Positions 25,680 through 38,955 are shown, numbered from the stretch's first letter. The stretch is 64,000 bases of DNA from Octopus sinensis (GCF_006345805.1 NC_043022.1:19034001-19098000); one strand, 5' to 3'. Program-made: numbers and translations. Notes: generated by a model not told the origin, from the letters alone.

Positions 25680-26520
25680 AGTAAACACACATACAGATCC
25701 ATAGAAGGAAAACACACACACGTGCATTCATATAAGCAAATACATGCACACAGATACACGTTCATATAAACAAGCTCACACACATACATACATCCATTCA
25801 TATAAGCAAACTCACACACACACAATCATATAAGGAAACACACACATACACAAACTCATCCGAACACATACACACACAAACATACACACACATACATTCA
25901 TATAAGGAGACTCTCTCACACACACATTCAAAAAAGCATTCATATAAGGAAACACACATACACACACATGCACACACACACACGCACATGCACACACACA
26001 CACATGCACACACACACATTCATATAAGCAAACACACACATACACAAGCACATACACACACATACATACACACACACATTCATATAAGGAAACTCTCTCA
26101 CACACACATACACACACATTCAAATAAGCAAATACGCGCATTCATATAAGGAAACACACACACATGCACACACATTCACACACATGCACAAACTCATACA
26201 CACACGTACACACATGCACACACACATATAAGCAAGCATACACAAACACATTCACACACATACATACACACACATTCATATAAGGAAACTCTCTCACACA
26301 CACATACACTCACATTCAAATAAACAAATACGCGCATTCATATAAGGAAATACACATGCACACACACACACATACATGCACACACACATACACACACGCA
26401 CACACACATTCATATAAGCAAACACACACGTACACAAACACACATACGCACGCACGCATTCATATAAGCGAACATATAAACACACACAGGCACAGCAACA
26501 AACACATACACTCATATACA
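25680..26520. repeat. Minisatellite: core CATTCATATAAG(G/C)AAA with (AC)n spacers
   Basis: About 10 units with a longer internal duplication. Confidence 0.85.
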
Positions 26521-26778
26521 CATAAACATACACACATACACACTGACATATGCACATGTACACAAATATGAACACCCTCTCACATAAATACACGCACACA
26601 CACACATACACATGTACACGCACACACTCCCATAAACATACAGACATAAATATATACACAAAACCACACACATAAACAAATACGCCTAAACACACACACT
26701 CACCATCAAATGCACACACACGTAACAGAACATACACGAACACACACACACAGATACAATCATATAAACACTTGCCTA

Positions 26779-26840
<62 letters not shown>

Positions 26841-27194
26841 CCATCATATAATACACACACACACATATATACACAAACACACACACATATATATATATAC
26901 ACACACACAGATATATATGAACGCCATCATATAAACACACACATTGGTAGATAAGGGATATGCACACACACGCGCGCATAAACACACATACACACAAACA
27001 CACGCACGCGCATACACAAATGCAGGAACTTCCTTAATAAATGTATTCTTTCTTTGACTCTTTATCTAACTGACCAACTCTCCTAATACTGACCAGGTCA
27101 TCACTGTCTCTCTTTCCCTATCCCCCACTCTCTGTCACTCTCCCTCTAACTAACTAAAACGTCCACTCTATCCCTTAACACTAACCCTAACCGT

Positions 27195-27430
27195 AAACCT
27201 ATTTCGTTACTACCCACAAGGGGCTAAACACAGAGGTGACAAACAAGGACGGACAAACGGATTAAGTCGATTATATCGACCCCAGTGCGTAACCGGTACT
27301 TATTTAATCGACCCCGAAAGGACGAAAGGCAAAGTCGACCTCGGCAGAATTTGAACTCGGAACGTAACGGCAGACGAAATACTACTGAGCATTTCACCCG
27401 GGATGCTAACGATTCTGCCAGCTCGCGGCC
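27195..27430 (-). mobile_element. SINE S2 with head, single unit
   Basis: The tail ends GAAATAG and is followed by telomere-like GTTTACGGTTAGGGTTAG. Confidence 0.8.
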
Positions 27431-27769
27431 CTTGACACTTTACCCTAATCCTCACCAGATCATCACTCCCTCACTATTCACTTCCGGGGGCGACCATTCC
27501 CTTTCTTAGCATTGAAGATCTCTGACGCTTGAACCATCCTTCCGATCTTTCAAACCGCAAGCACCAGTGCATGGCGGGTGGGGCACAGGGATATGATGGT
27601 GATGATGATGTACCTATTATCCGAATAAGAAGCGAAAAAATATATACTTTAACACAACTTCAATTATCAGTCACAATTGTTTCTGCACCCACTCTCTTTT
27701 GAATGCCAGTTTACGCAAATGTTAAGAGTGGAGATTTAAACCATATTTCAGAACAAGAGAGGAGACACT

Positions 27770-28395
27770 GATGGTCCTCTGGAAAACTTTCGTCCTCAGC
27801 CGCTGGGACTACTGCTCCCAACTATGGTCACCGCACAATATAAAACTAACAGCAGAACTCGAAGCAATTCAAAGAAGCTACACATAGAAGATCGTCTCAA
27901 TGGAAAATATCAGTTACTGGGAAAGACTGAAAGTATTAAACCTCTTCTCCCTAGAGCGAAGGCGGGAGAGATATGCGGTGATATACATCTGGAAAATCCT
28001 GGAGGGTCTTGTCCCAAACTTTGACATTCAAAGTTACCCCAACCGCAGAACTGTATGGTGCCAAAGATTCCAACATCACCATCAAAATACAGGACCAGAT
28101 ACTGCAACAGCTTGGGTTTCAGAGGACCACAGCTCTTTAACATCCTCCCTAAATACCTGAGAGACTTGCATGGTGTGGATGTGGGTTTCTTTAAAATTAA
28201 ATTGGACCTCTTCTTGTCGGGGGTCCCAGATGAACCTACCTCACGATAGGAGACACAGATGCGGGCAGCGGCATCGAACTCCCTTGTTGACCAAGTGCCA
28301 CGTATCAGAGGTGGATTCACATATTAGTGTAGCTCATTCAGCGGTGGTGCCCCAGCAAGGCCACGGCCTTCGGGCTAAAACATTTTTAAGGATTT
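27770..28395 (+). pseudogene. CR1-clade LINE 3' fragment
   Basis: SYWERLKVLNLFSLERRRER..IYIWKIL and GPQLFNILP..LRD..FKIKLD; short repeated tail TTTAAGGA. Confidence 0.8.
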
Positions 28396-28427
28396 AAGGA
28401 TAATATATATATATATATATATACATC

Positions 28428-28484
<57 letters not shown>

Positions 28485-28549
28485 TATATATAATATATAT
28501 AATTATATACATATATATATATATACATATATACATATATATATGTATA

Positions 28550-29273
28550 TCTATATATATAAAACTGTAGTTGTGTGAGTGTCTGTCCCCTTCGATTTAT
28601 ATTCCTAACTACTCTCACGTTTTGCGGTGCAGTTTAACCAAATTCGGGTATCTTATAGTCGTGATTCATATCGAGCCCGTCTGGCTATTAGCGCGCGTCT
28701 ACGATGAGTCTACGATTTTAAAAATAATTTAACATCATTTTTTATTCCATTTTAATGCATATTTTTTCGTGTGTCGATGGCGGCGGAGTTGGCGTCCACG
28801 CTCACACCTGCACCTGTTTGCTTCTCCTCCTTCTTCTCTCCCTCGTGAAGCTGTGGGGAAGGGTGTGTAAGGAAATCAACGTCGTAATGTGTTGTGAAGG
28901 AGACCAGCGTTCTTTTAGAACAACGACTTCATGGCTTGAAGTCGCCAAAACAGAAATCGCTAAAAAAGCTGAAACAGATCCACAAAAACGGCAAAAATCG
29001 CCACACAGGGCAGGTTTCCTGTGCAAACAATTTGCACAACCGAATGTTTTAGTTGTTGCACAAATCTTTATATATAAAAGTGAAGTTGTGTGTCTGTCTC
29101 CTACGATTTCGATTCCTAACTACTCCCACATTTTGCGGTGCAGTTTAACCAAAACCGGGTATCTTATAGTCGTGATTCATATCGAGCCCTTCTGGGTATT
29201 AGCGCGCGTCTGTGATGAGTCTACGATTTTAAATATAATTTACCATCATTTTTTTCCATTTTAATGCATTTTA
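28550..29273 (+). mobile_element. Two tandem Helitron 5' ends (family A), both lacking a CTAG end
   Basis: A|TC..TATATAAAA starts at 28550 and 29065; the first about 200 bp of each are homologous. Confidence 0.65.
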
Positions 29274-29306
29274 TCTCGGGCACGTGTACTGGTTTCGTGC
29301 AGCAGG

Positions 29307-29720
29307 ATGACGTCGGTAACAGCGACTGCAACGTCGAAAAGTGGCCCAGCTAGGAGCAGCGGAGAGGGGCTGAGGAAAGAACGTGTGCGACCGTTCAAAG
29401 GACAGTGTTTCCGGTGCCAAGGTCCACACATGGTGCGTGACTGCGCGTCGCCCAAGCCTGAGGTGATTTGCTACCGGTGTCGAGAGCCAGGGCATGTAGC
29501 CAGCGAGTGAAATGGACCAGCGGGGAAACGGACCGCGGGAGACTACTGCGCCGGTAGTTGTCCCTTTGGATTAGTAGTGGCGCGTTTATCATCGCTACCT
29601 GTGGTCGACATTCTGGTGAAGGGGAAGATGTCGCGAGCCCTGGTGGACACGGGCTGTACAACGACCCTGATGACTACGGAAGTGGCATCCACCAGAATGT
29701 CGTCAATGTATGAATTGAAG
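29307..29720 (+). pseudogene. gag: gag C-terminus (two zinc knuckles) and aspartic protease fragment
   Basis: CFRCQGPHMVRDC; CYRCREPGHVASE* (last Cys replaced by a stop); ALVDTGC; deletion before RT. Confidence 0.8.
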
Positions 29721-29736
29721 TGAGTTCGAGGGGGAG

Positions 29737-32043
29737 GTGGAGCGGTGGATTAAGGAGGGCATAATGATCCCTTGGGAAACAGAAGAGAGCGGAGTCCTGC
29801 CACTGATGGCGGTGATACAGCCCACAAAGCATAAGGTCAGGCCAGTGCTTGACTTCCGAGACCTGAATGACCACGTGTCGTGTCATACAGGCGGCGAGGC
29901 CACGGATGTCTGCGGAGACACCTTGCGAGAGTGGAGGCAGACGACGGGGGCCTCCACGATTGTTGATTTGAAGTCGGCATACCTACAGGTGCATGTGGCT
30001 GAGAAATTATGGAAGTGCCAGCTCGTCAGGTATAGGGGCCGGACGTACTGTCTGACCAGGTTGGGATTCGGGCTGAATTCAGCGCCGAAGATTATGGCAA
30101 CAATTCTCAAGGCCATCCTGGGGAAGGTGGACAGAGTAAAAAGGGCCACCAATTCATACATCGATGACATTCTGGTGGATGAAACCGTGATATCAGCAAC
30201 GGAGGTCATAGGCCACCTGAAGAGTTTTGGACTGATCGCCAAGCCGCCAGAGGCTATGGAGGGAGGTGCTGCACTGGGCCTCAAGCTATGGAGAGACAAG
30301 GCCGGCGCCTTGGTGTTCCGGCGAGGGAATGAGGTCCCTGAACTGGGCGCCAGCATGAGTAGACGGGAACTGTTCTCTGTGTGTGGGAAGCTGGTGGGAC
30401 ACTACCCGATTGCAGGCTGGCTCCGGACAGCATGTAGCTTCATCAAGAGACGAGCCGAAGGAGTGAAGTGGAATGATAAAGTGGTGGAGAGGACGATCGA
30501 CATGATGCAGGAAGTCTTGGTCAGAGTAGGAGCAGAGGACCCAGTGAGGGGCAGCTGGTATGTTCCCAAATCAAAGAGCGGGATCGTATGGTGTGACGCC
30601 AGTAGCATCGCAATAGGGGTTGTCTTGGAAGTGGGCGGTGTCACGGTGGAAGATGCAGCCTGGCTCAGGAAGATGGATGACTGCAATCATATCAACGTGG
30701 CGGAGTTGGATGCCGTGCTGAAGGGGGTGAACCTAGCCTTGAAGTGGGGGTTGCACACCATAGAAATCAGGACTGATTCGGCCACTGTACTTGGTTGGGC
30801 GACAACAGTCATCACCGATGAGCGGAGGGTGCGGACCAAAGGGGCTGCAGAGATGCTGGTAAAGCGTCGATTAGGAATACTGCGTGAACTAACCACTGAG
30901 TTCAATCTGAAGCTGAGCGTGATCTTTGTGCCTTCCGAGAAGAACAGGGCAGACGTCCTGACCAGGGTAAAGCGAGCCTGGTTGCAGGTGCCAGAGGATG
31001 CGAAGCAGGCTGTAGCTGCAGTATGCCGTCTGAGCGACTCGGAGTTACGGAGACTGCACACCATGCATCACATGGGTGTGGACAAGACATTGTTCCTAGC
31101 CAGAAAAGTTGACTCCGACGTAACAAGACAGAGCGTGCAGAGAGTGGTTAGCAGTTGTGACAGGTGCCAGTCCATCGACCCTGCTCCGGTCGTGCATGAA
31201 GCGGGAAGTATTCCAGTGGACCAGGACTGGAAACGACTGGCGGTGGACATAACACACTACCGGCAGGGGACATACCTCTCAATGGTTGACTGCGGACCGG
31301 GGCGGTTGGCCATATGGAGGGAGATGAAGTCGGGGACCGCAGAAGAAATTGTGAAAGTGTTGAAAGAGATATTCCTGGAACGAGGCCCCGTGGATGAACT
31401 GCTTCTGGACAACGGCACTACATTTCGCTCGGATGTGCTGAGAGAAATGCTTGATGAGTGGAAGGTCAACCGCTTCTTCAGGGCGGCATACCGGCCAAGT
31501 GGAAACAGGGTGGTGGAAAGGCATCATCGTACCATCAAGGCCATGGCAGAGAGGGGTCACATTTCACCAGTCGAGGCCGTGTTTTGGTACAATATGTCGC
31601 CCAGATAAGGACAGGCTGAGGAGTCGGTGCCACACAGGGCAATATTCAGGTACGAGTGGAGGCATCCGTGTACTACATCAATGCGACCCGGGGCAGAGGA
31701 AGAGCACGCCTTCGTGCAGGTCGGGGAGGAAGTCTGGGTAAAACCCCCAAACGCACGGTGTACATCGCAATGGGGAAAGGGGACAATAACCTCTGTAAAT
31801 TCAAAGAATAACATCTCGGTCGATGGTATGCCACGCCACGTTTTGGACATACGGAGGATTGTCCATGCCCCAGAGGATGGGACCAGCAGCAGTGGGCAAG
31901 ACGAAAACAACAGACAGGATGACCAGGCTGGCAGCAACACACCAGGAACAAGTCCTAGGGTCGCACTGCGACCACAGAGGGAGCGGCACCCTCCTCCCTG
32001 GTTGGCTGATTATGAAACCAGTTTCAGGTGCGGGAGCGAGTGA
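29737..32043 (+). pseudogene. pol: pol (RT, RNase H, integrase) with a single in-frame stop at 31606-31608
   Basis: VLDFRDLN, DLKSAYLQ, YIDD; CDAS..HINVAEL..TDS..NRAD; HHCC; D-D-E (LAVD, LLDNG, VVER); the 31627-32043 ORF is in the same frame. Confidence 0.9.
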
Positions 32044-32079
32044 GGAAGCCGGTTCAGTGATCTGTAGATCAGGGGGGCA

Positions 32080-32337
32080 TGTGGTGTTTGGTGAAAGAGT
32101 GTGACGGATAGGGGAGAGCGGAAGTAGGGCTCGCAGGGCTTGCAGGGCGCATGCGCCGCAGGAAGCGGAAGTCACAGGCAGAACGCACGTGTGGCATTGA
32201 CCAGTTGCGGCAGACACGACGAAGGCACCAGACGATCGAGTTGGCTAAAAGTGATCCGAGTTCATCTCCGAGATAAGACCCAATTACATTTCCATTCTCC
32301 CTTTTTCCGTTGTACTCTTTTCACCGTTCACACTACA
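32080..32337 (+). repeat. 3' LTR (258 bp)
   Basis: TGTGGTG...CACTACA, directly after the polypurine tract. Confidence 0.75.
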
Positions 32338-32362
32338 GGTAATAAAGAATTGGGTATACTTA

Positions 32363-32754
32363 TCTCTCTATATATAAAGCTGAAGTTGTCTGTGTATGGC
32401 AGGTTTGGTAGCCTTCAACTAACACGATCTCCTCCGAGACCCTGCGGCGCAAGTTGACCAAAATTGAGAGCATGATAGAAGAAGGCTTGCTCTTCCTTCC
32501 ATAGAAGATAAATTTAAAATCGGGCCATGTTAGGACCAAAAATTATTTACATCAAAAAGGTGCTTTTTTACCATGAAAATCCCTAATTTTTACGATTTTT
32601 TGACAGCTGTGTTGCCATTTTTCGGTGTATTTCAACCAGAAAAATGTTCACTTAAAGAGAATAACAAGCTACATAATGCAAACTTTTTACTTTTTAAAAA
32701 TTCCAATTCTAAAGGGTCGAAACAAACTCGAGCAACGCCCAGCGATACTGCTAG
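32363..32754 (+). mobile_element. Non-autonomous Helitron (family B)
   Basis: A|TC ... GAGCAACGCC hairpin ... CTAG|T; homologous to 8777-9157. Confidence 0.8.
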
Positions 32755-32915
32755 TGTAGGAGTGGCTGTGTGGTAAGTAGCTTGTCTACCAACCACATGG
32801 TTCCGAGTTCAGTCCCATTGTGTGGCACCTTGGGCAAGTGTCTTCTACTATAGCCTCGGGCCGACCAAAGCCTTGTGAGTGGATTTGGTAGACGGAAACT
32901 GAAAGAAGCCCGTCG

Positions 32916-32972
<57 letters not shown>

Positions 32973-33170
32973 GTGTGTGCGTGTGTGTGTGCGTGTGTCT
33001 GTGTTTGTTCCCCTAGCATTGCTTGACAGCCAATGCTGGCGTGTTTATGTCACCGTTACTTAGCGGTTCGGTAAAAGAGACCGATAGAATAAGTACTGGG
33101 GTCGATTTGCTCGACTAAAGGCGGTGCTCCAGCATGGCCACAGTCAAATGACTGAAACAAGTAAAAGAGT
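32755..33170 (+). mobile_element. SINE S1, near full length
   Basis: Head, core, (TA)/(GT) microsatellite and tail all present. Confidence 0.8.
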
Positions 33171-33578
33171 ATATATATTCAGATCCACTTAAGAGATTAT
33201 AATCATATTTTCATATTATCTTTGCTGTAACTGAGTACTTGTCTGTCGCTTGCATTGACCTGATGTGTCAGTGGTCTGTCTCGCAACGCAGTTTTCTTTC
33301 CCGCTCTTACTCTCCCTCTCCCTCCGTCCCTGGCGCTGTCTGTCTGTTTCTCTCTCTGTCTCGCTCTCTCTCCCTCCCCGTTTCTGTCTATCTATCGATC
33401 TATCTCGATTTTTCTGTCTGTCAATAACTCCTATGTATCTAAGTATTTCTCTATAATACCAAACATTTTATGTTGTTTACAACACACACACACACACACA
33501 TATATACAAGCATATATTCAGGCATATATATATATAGGTATATATATGTGTATGCATATATGCATGTGCGTACATAGG

Positions 33579-33621
<43 letters not shown>

Positions 33622-33727
33622 CTACTCTCTCTCTCTCTCTACTCTCTCTCTCTCTCTCTACTCTCTCTCTCTCTACTCTCTCTCTCTCTCTCTCTACTCT
33701 CTTCTCTCTCTCTCTCTCTTTCTCTCT

Positions 33728-33771
<44 letters not shown>

Positions 33772-33980
33772 TATATTATATATATATAAAGGGAAAGTTT
33801 ACGAAAATAAACAAAAGACGAAGGCAGGTGGAGTACAAACAAACAAATGTATTAGTATAGCGCTCAGGAATAGAAAAAGTCTTTTATGTTTCGAGCCTAC
33901 GCTCTTCAACAGAAAGATACACAGAAAAAAACAAGGAGAGAAAAAATTCGTGTAGGAGCTAACGATCTATCATGGCGTCG

Positions 33981-34019
<39 letters not shown>

Positions 34020-34360
34020 AAAAAATATAAACTGGGACAAGAACGCAAAACATTTAGAAGACGATGCAAAATACACAGACGGGACATTCGAAACCTTCAA
34101 TCTTCAGTCAAGAACCGGTTCATCCTCGCAATTTCGGCTGATTAATCTTGAGATTGCTCCGATCTGGCCAGCATATCATATACAGGCGCAGGAGTGGCTG
34201 TGTAGTAAGTAGCTTGCCTACCAACTACATGGTTCCGGGTTCAGTCCCTTGGGGAAGTGTCTTCTACTATAGCCTCGAGCCTACCAAATCCTTGTGAGTG
34301 GATTTGGTAGACAGAAACTGAAAGAAGCCTATCGTATATATATATGGAATTCCTATTTTT

Positions 34361-34440
34361 TTCCTGAAGAGAAAGCCACAATATGGTATCCTTATTTAAT
34401 CAGAATTTGGAAAATTGTGGCTTTTGAAACATGTGTAGAA
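34361..34440 (+). ncRNA. Long-stem-II hammerhead motif
   Basis: TTC|CTGAAGA|GAAAGCCACAAT..31 nt..ATTGTGGCTTTT|GAAA|C-ATGT-G|TA^|GAA. Confidence 0.65.
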
Positions 34441-34497
34441 TGCAATAAAAGGAATTCTGTTCAATTTTCGTTCAACTCCATTTCTTCAATTCACTAA

Positions 34498-34550
<53 letters not shown>

Positions 34551-34787
34551 GGTATGTAAGCTTATGTCGATGTTTGTCCCCCACCACCATCATCGCTTGA
34601 CAATCGATGCTAGTGTGTTTACGTCCACGTAGCTTAGCGGTTAGGCACAAAGAGACCGATAGAATAGGCTTACAAAGAAAAAATCCTGGGATCGATTTGT
34701 TCGACTGATGGCGGTGCTCCAGCATGGCCACAGTCAAATGACTGAAACAAATAAAAGAATAAAATAATATGCATATAATATATATAT

Positions 34788-34838
<51 letters not shown>

Positions 34839-35201
34839 CACACACATACATACACAGATATACAAACACATACACACACACACACACACACACACGCACG
34901 CACATACACATATGTATATAATGTATATTATATATGTTAAACTATGTTTCACAATGGCCAGTGCTAAAACATAAAACTGTTGCCCAGCTGAAGATGATTG
35001 AACGGGAACTTTCAAAAACAGACTGTTTAATTTGACCTGTCTTTGACTTGAAATCCTATACACATTTAGCTTCTCAGCCTGGTATATCCATGTATGCTTG
35101 CATGACCGCAAGCAATAATATAATATATGTTAATTTTCTACAGTAAATGTATCCATTTTAAGCAAATGTTGGCCAGTGAAACTGAACAAAACAAAGATAC
35201 T

Positions 35202-35610
35202 GGATCTTTTCAGTTTCAACAGTAGTTTTTAACATAATTTCTAGGTAACTAAAAAATTTTAAACTTCGTATACTGGTAGAATGTGTTTATACAACATCTT
35301 TTTCTCTTGGCTTTATTGAGAAAATTCTATAGTTTGTAAGATATTTCTTGTTTTTTTCTTCAATTTCTGCAATTTCAACCAATCAATGACGTCTATTGAG
35401 GCAAAAAGCATTCTGTGCCGTATGAATATGTCCCTCGTTTAAGAAACAGATTGAGTTTATTTACATTTCTGAAGAAAAAAAGATACCCTTCCCCCACCCC
35501 TAACCCTAAAACAGATTGCAATGCAATAGATCGATACTAGGGTCATAATTATGGATGACAATTTCATATGACACCGCTAGAAAAAACTGCCGTTCAAACC
35601 GAAAAGATCC
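35202..35610 (-). mobile_element. MITE-A copy with 8-bp TSD
   Basis: Flanks AAGATACT / AAAATACT. Confidence 0.9.
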
Positions 35611-36012
35611 AAAATACTTTCCCAACCAGGGCTTTTCATTAACTCGATTTTATTTCTACGTTTGTCTTCCTTTTCCTCTCCTACTACTTTTCTATCCCTA
35701 CAACTCATTCAATTAAACATTCCCTAAAGATGTATCTTTATATATCCCCAACCCCCAAAATGCAATTTTAAGCCATATCTATTTTGCAAACACTGTGCCT
35801 TACCTATAAGATGAACCAAAAGTATATAAAAAGGGAAGATGTAGAAAGTTTTTAAAACCCAGCGAAAGCAACTGAGCTGAATCTTCGAACTACTGCCAAG
35901 CCATGTATTTGTAATCTTCTAACTAGCTTTCTCCTTTCTGGTTTTGGGAAGTCTAATTCCTCAAGAGGCAGTATGTCACATATCCTAGAACCCTAATAAT
36001 ATTACAAGTCTA

Positions 36013-36423
36013 GGATCTTTTCGGTTTGAACGGCAGTTTTTTTCTAGCGGTGTCATATGAAATTGTCACTCATAATTATGACCCTAGTATCGATCTATTG
36101 AATTTCAATCTGTTTTAAGGTTAGGGATGGGGGGAAGGGTATCTTTTTTTCTTCAGAAATGTAAATAAACCCAATCTGTTTCTTAAACGAGGGACATATT
36201 CATACGGCACATAATGTTTTTAACTCAATGGACGTCAATGATTGGTTGAGATTGCAGAAATTGAAGAAAAAAACAACAAATATCTTACAAACTATAGAAT
36301 TTTCTCAATAAAAGCCAAGAGAGAAAGATGTTTTATAAACACTTTCTACCAGTATACGAAGTTTAAAATTTTTTAGTTACCTAGAAATTATGTTAAAAAC
36401 TGCCGTTCAAACCGAAAAGATCC
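36013..36423 (+). mobile_element. MITE-A copy with perfect 8-bp TSD (Merlin-like by GG..CC ends; superfamily inferred)
   Basis: CAAGTCTA at 36005-36012 and 36424-36431; about 29-bp TIR GGATCTTTTCGGTTTGAACGGCAGTTTTT. Confidence 0.9.
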
Positions 36424-37177
36424 CAAGTCTAAATCTGATCTTATAATCTGAAGAAATATATTTTTCAATAGTTCAGCGTAGGTGTTTTCTTTTTCAATGA
36501 TCTTTAGCTTTACGTTGACATCTGCTGGGCAACTGAATTCCACTGTTGTGCTCATACACAGTTTTTTCTTCTCCGTCCCAAATCACTATGTCTGGTCTAT
36601 TATGTTTGCATTTTATTGAGGTTTTCTGTGAGATATTCCACCACTATTTTATGTATGTATGTATGTATGTATGTATGTATGTATGTATGTATGTATGTAT
36701 GTATGTATGTATGTATGTATGTATGTATGTATGTATGTATGTATGTATTATGTATGTATGTATTATGTATGTATGTATGTATGTATTATGTATGTATGTA
36801 TTATGTATGTATGTGTGTATGTATTATGTATGTATGTATGTATTATGTATGTATGTATGTCATTATTCAGTTTATTTCAAGATTTCTTGCCAAAGAACCG
36901 GTTTCTAACCTAGATCCAAGGCCCCTTCATTGGAGTTTCAAAATCATCAACAGAGTATTTTTGTATGTGTGTATGTATGTATGTATGTATGTATGTATGT
37001 ATGTATGTATGTATGTATGGAATCATGTGGCTAGTAAGCAAGCTACTTACCACACAGCCACTACTGCGCCTATATATATATATGTATGTATGCACGTATC
37101 TACGTATGTATGTATGTATGTATGTATGTATGTATATGTATGTATATAAATATATATATATATGTGTGTGTGTGGTG

Positions 37178-37282
<105 letters not shown>

Positions 37283-37593
37283 TATAAATTATATATAACA
37301 GGCTTCTCTTCAGTTTCTATTGACCAGATCCCCTGGCAAAGCTTTGATTGGTTCAGGGGCTATAGTAGAAGAAGACATTTGCCTTGGGACGACGCAGTGA
37401 GATTGAACCCAAAACCATACGGTTGGGAAATAAGTTTGTTACCCACATAGCCACACCTTCGCCTCAAGAATCTATCGTAGCGACTAAAGTTTACTCGGTC
37501 TCCTGGCGAGAATCAAAATCTAAGAAGTATTGAAACGCCAGACACACTGATGTGAAGGAGAAATGAGAGCCTGAGAATCGTGTGGTATTTTTA

Positions 37594-37750
37594 TCTCTCT
37601 ATATATAAACGGCAAAATGTCTGCGTGCGTGTCCTTTATACAAATCCACAATTTTTCAGTTTGAGGGCTCGCACTTTCAAAACCGTCCAAGGGTGGTCAT
37701 GCACATCTTTACATTTTGCCAGTAAAAAATCAATAGAAGTGACTTTTTTA
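37594..37750 (+). mobile_element. Truncated Helitron 5' end (third family)
   Basis: A|TCTCTCTATATATAAA start; no 3' end. Confidence 0.5.
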
Positions 37751-37754
37751 CTAT

Positions 37755-38155
37755 TTTACTATTTTACTTGTTTCAGTCATTTGACTGTGGCCATGCTTTA
37801 GTCGAGCGAATCGACCCCAGGACTTATTTTTTGTAAGTCTAGTACTTATTCTATCGGTCGCTTATGCCGAACCGCTAAGTTACGGTGATGTAAACACACC
37901 AGCATCGGTTGTCAAGCGATGTTGGGGGGTGGGAGAAACACAGACACACAAACATATACACACACACAAACATATACACACACACACACACACATATATA
38001 TATACACATATATACGACGGGTTTCTTTCAGTTTCCGTCTACCAAATCCACTCACAAGGCTTTGGTCGACATTTGCCCAAGGTGCCACGCAGTGGGACTG
38101 AACCCAGAACCATGTGGTTGGTAAACAAACTACTTACCACACAGCCACTCCTACG
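37755..38155 (-). mobile_element. SINE S1
   Basis: Homologous to 32755-33170. Confidence 0.8.
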
Positions 38156-38727
38156 CCTGTGAATTTTCTATCCAAAACATAATCAAAATGCCCGAAACTT
38201 GATACGCCAATTGAATGCCAGCTAGCTGTATGTGATTGGTCGGAGATTTGGATAGTACTCACGTGTATGTGTGCACGCACGCAGCTGTATATGCATGCAC
38301 TAGCACTATGACCCAGCAACACCGGATCATAGTGCTAGTTTTATTAATAAATGTCTTTCTGAAGTGACAACTACATCCATTTATTTCCGTGGTGTTCAGT
38401 GTGTCTCGAGTAAAACTAAAGAGAGGAGTAGTGATTATACCTACTGAGGTATAATTTACTAAAAGCATATAGCTCGATATTCATAAAGAAAAGAGGCGAG
38501 GTGAGGGGAATCCATAACCGGATAAAAGAAAACGTTATTAATATTTCTGCTGTTGATGTGTAGAATTAAATAAATATGATATTGACATGTTTTCACAGAA
38601 AGCTGCAAATTCGGTTATCAATTCTTTAAAAAATGGTAGAATGCATATGTCGGTATGTGTGTGTGTGTGCGCAGGTATGTGTGTGTATGTGCGGGTGTCT
38701 AAGTACATACATATCCGATACGTAAAC

Positions 38728-38761
<34 letters not shown>

Positions 38762-38955
38762 GTATGAAGATGCGTGTAGACATTTGCATTGATATCTTAC
38801 GTACGTGCATATATATATACATATATGTGTGTGCGCGTGTGTGTATACACACACACACATATAGTTATATATATATATATTATATATATATATTATATAT
38901 ATATATGCATACATTTACATATATACATATATATGTATATACATACAGTTACATA

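Larger units (their letters stand above)
29274..32337 (+). mobile_element. 5'-truncated Ty3/Gypsy-type LTR retrotransposon
   Basis: gag knuckles, PR, RT, RH, IN order; polypurine tract AGGGGGGCA; 3' LTR. Confidence 0.9.
34920..36640 (-). pseudogene. 3' relic of an RLE-type (R4/NeSL-like) non-LTR element, interrupted by two MITE-A copies
   Basis: WWN...KHNRPDIVIWD..VEFSCPADVN..IEKENTYAELL (PD-(D/E)xK endonuclease signature); left boundary approximate. Confidence 0.65.

Noticed and set aside
24724-25704. 326-aa His/Thr-rich ORF and the many YI/CV/HT ORFs across the window
   Set aside because: Read-through of simple repeats with no domain content.
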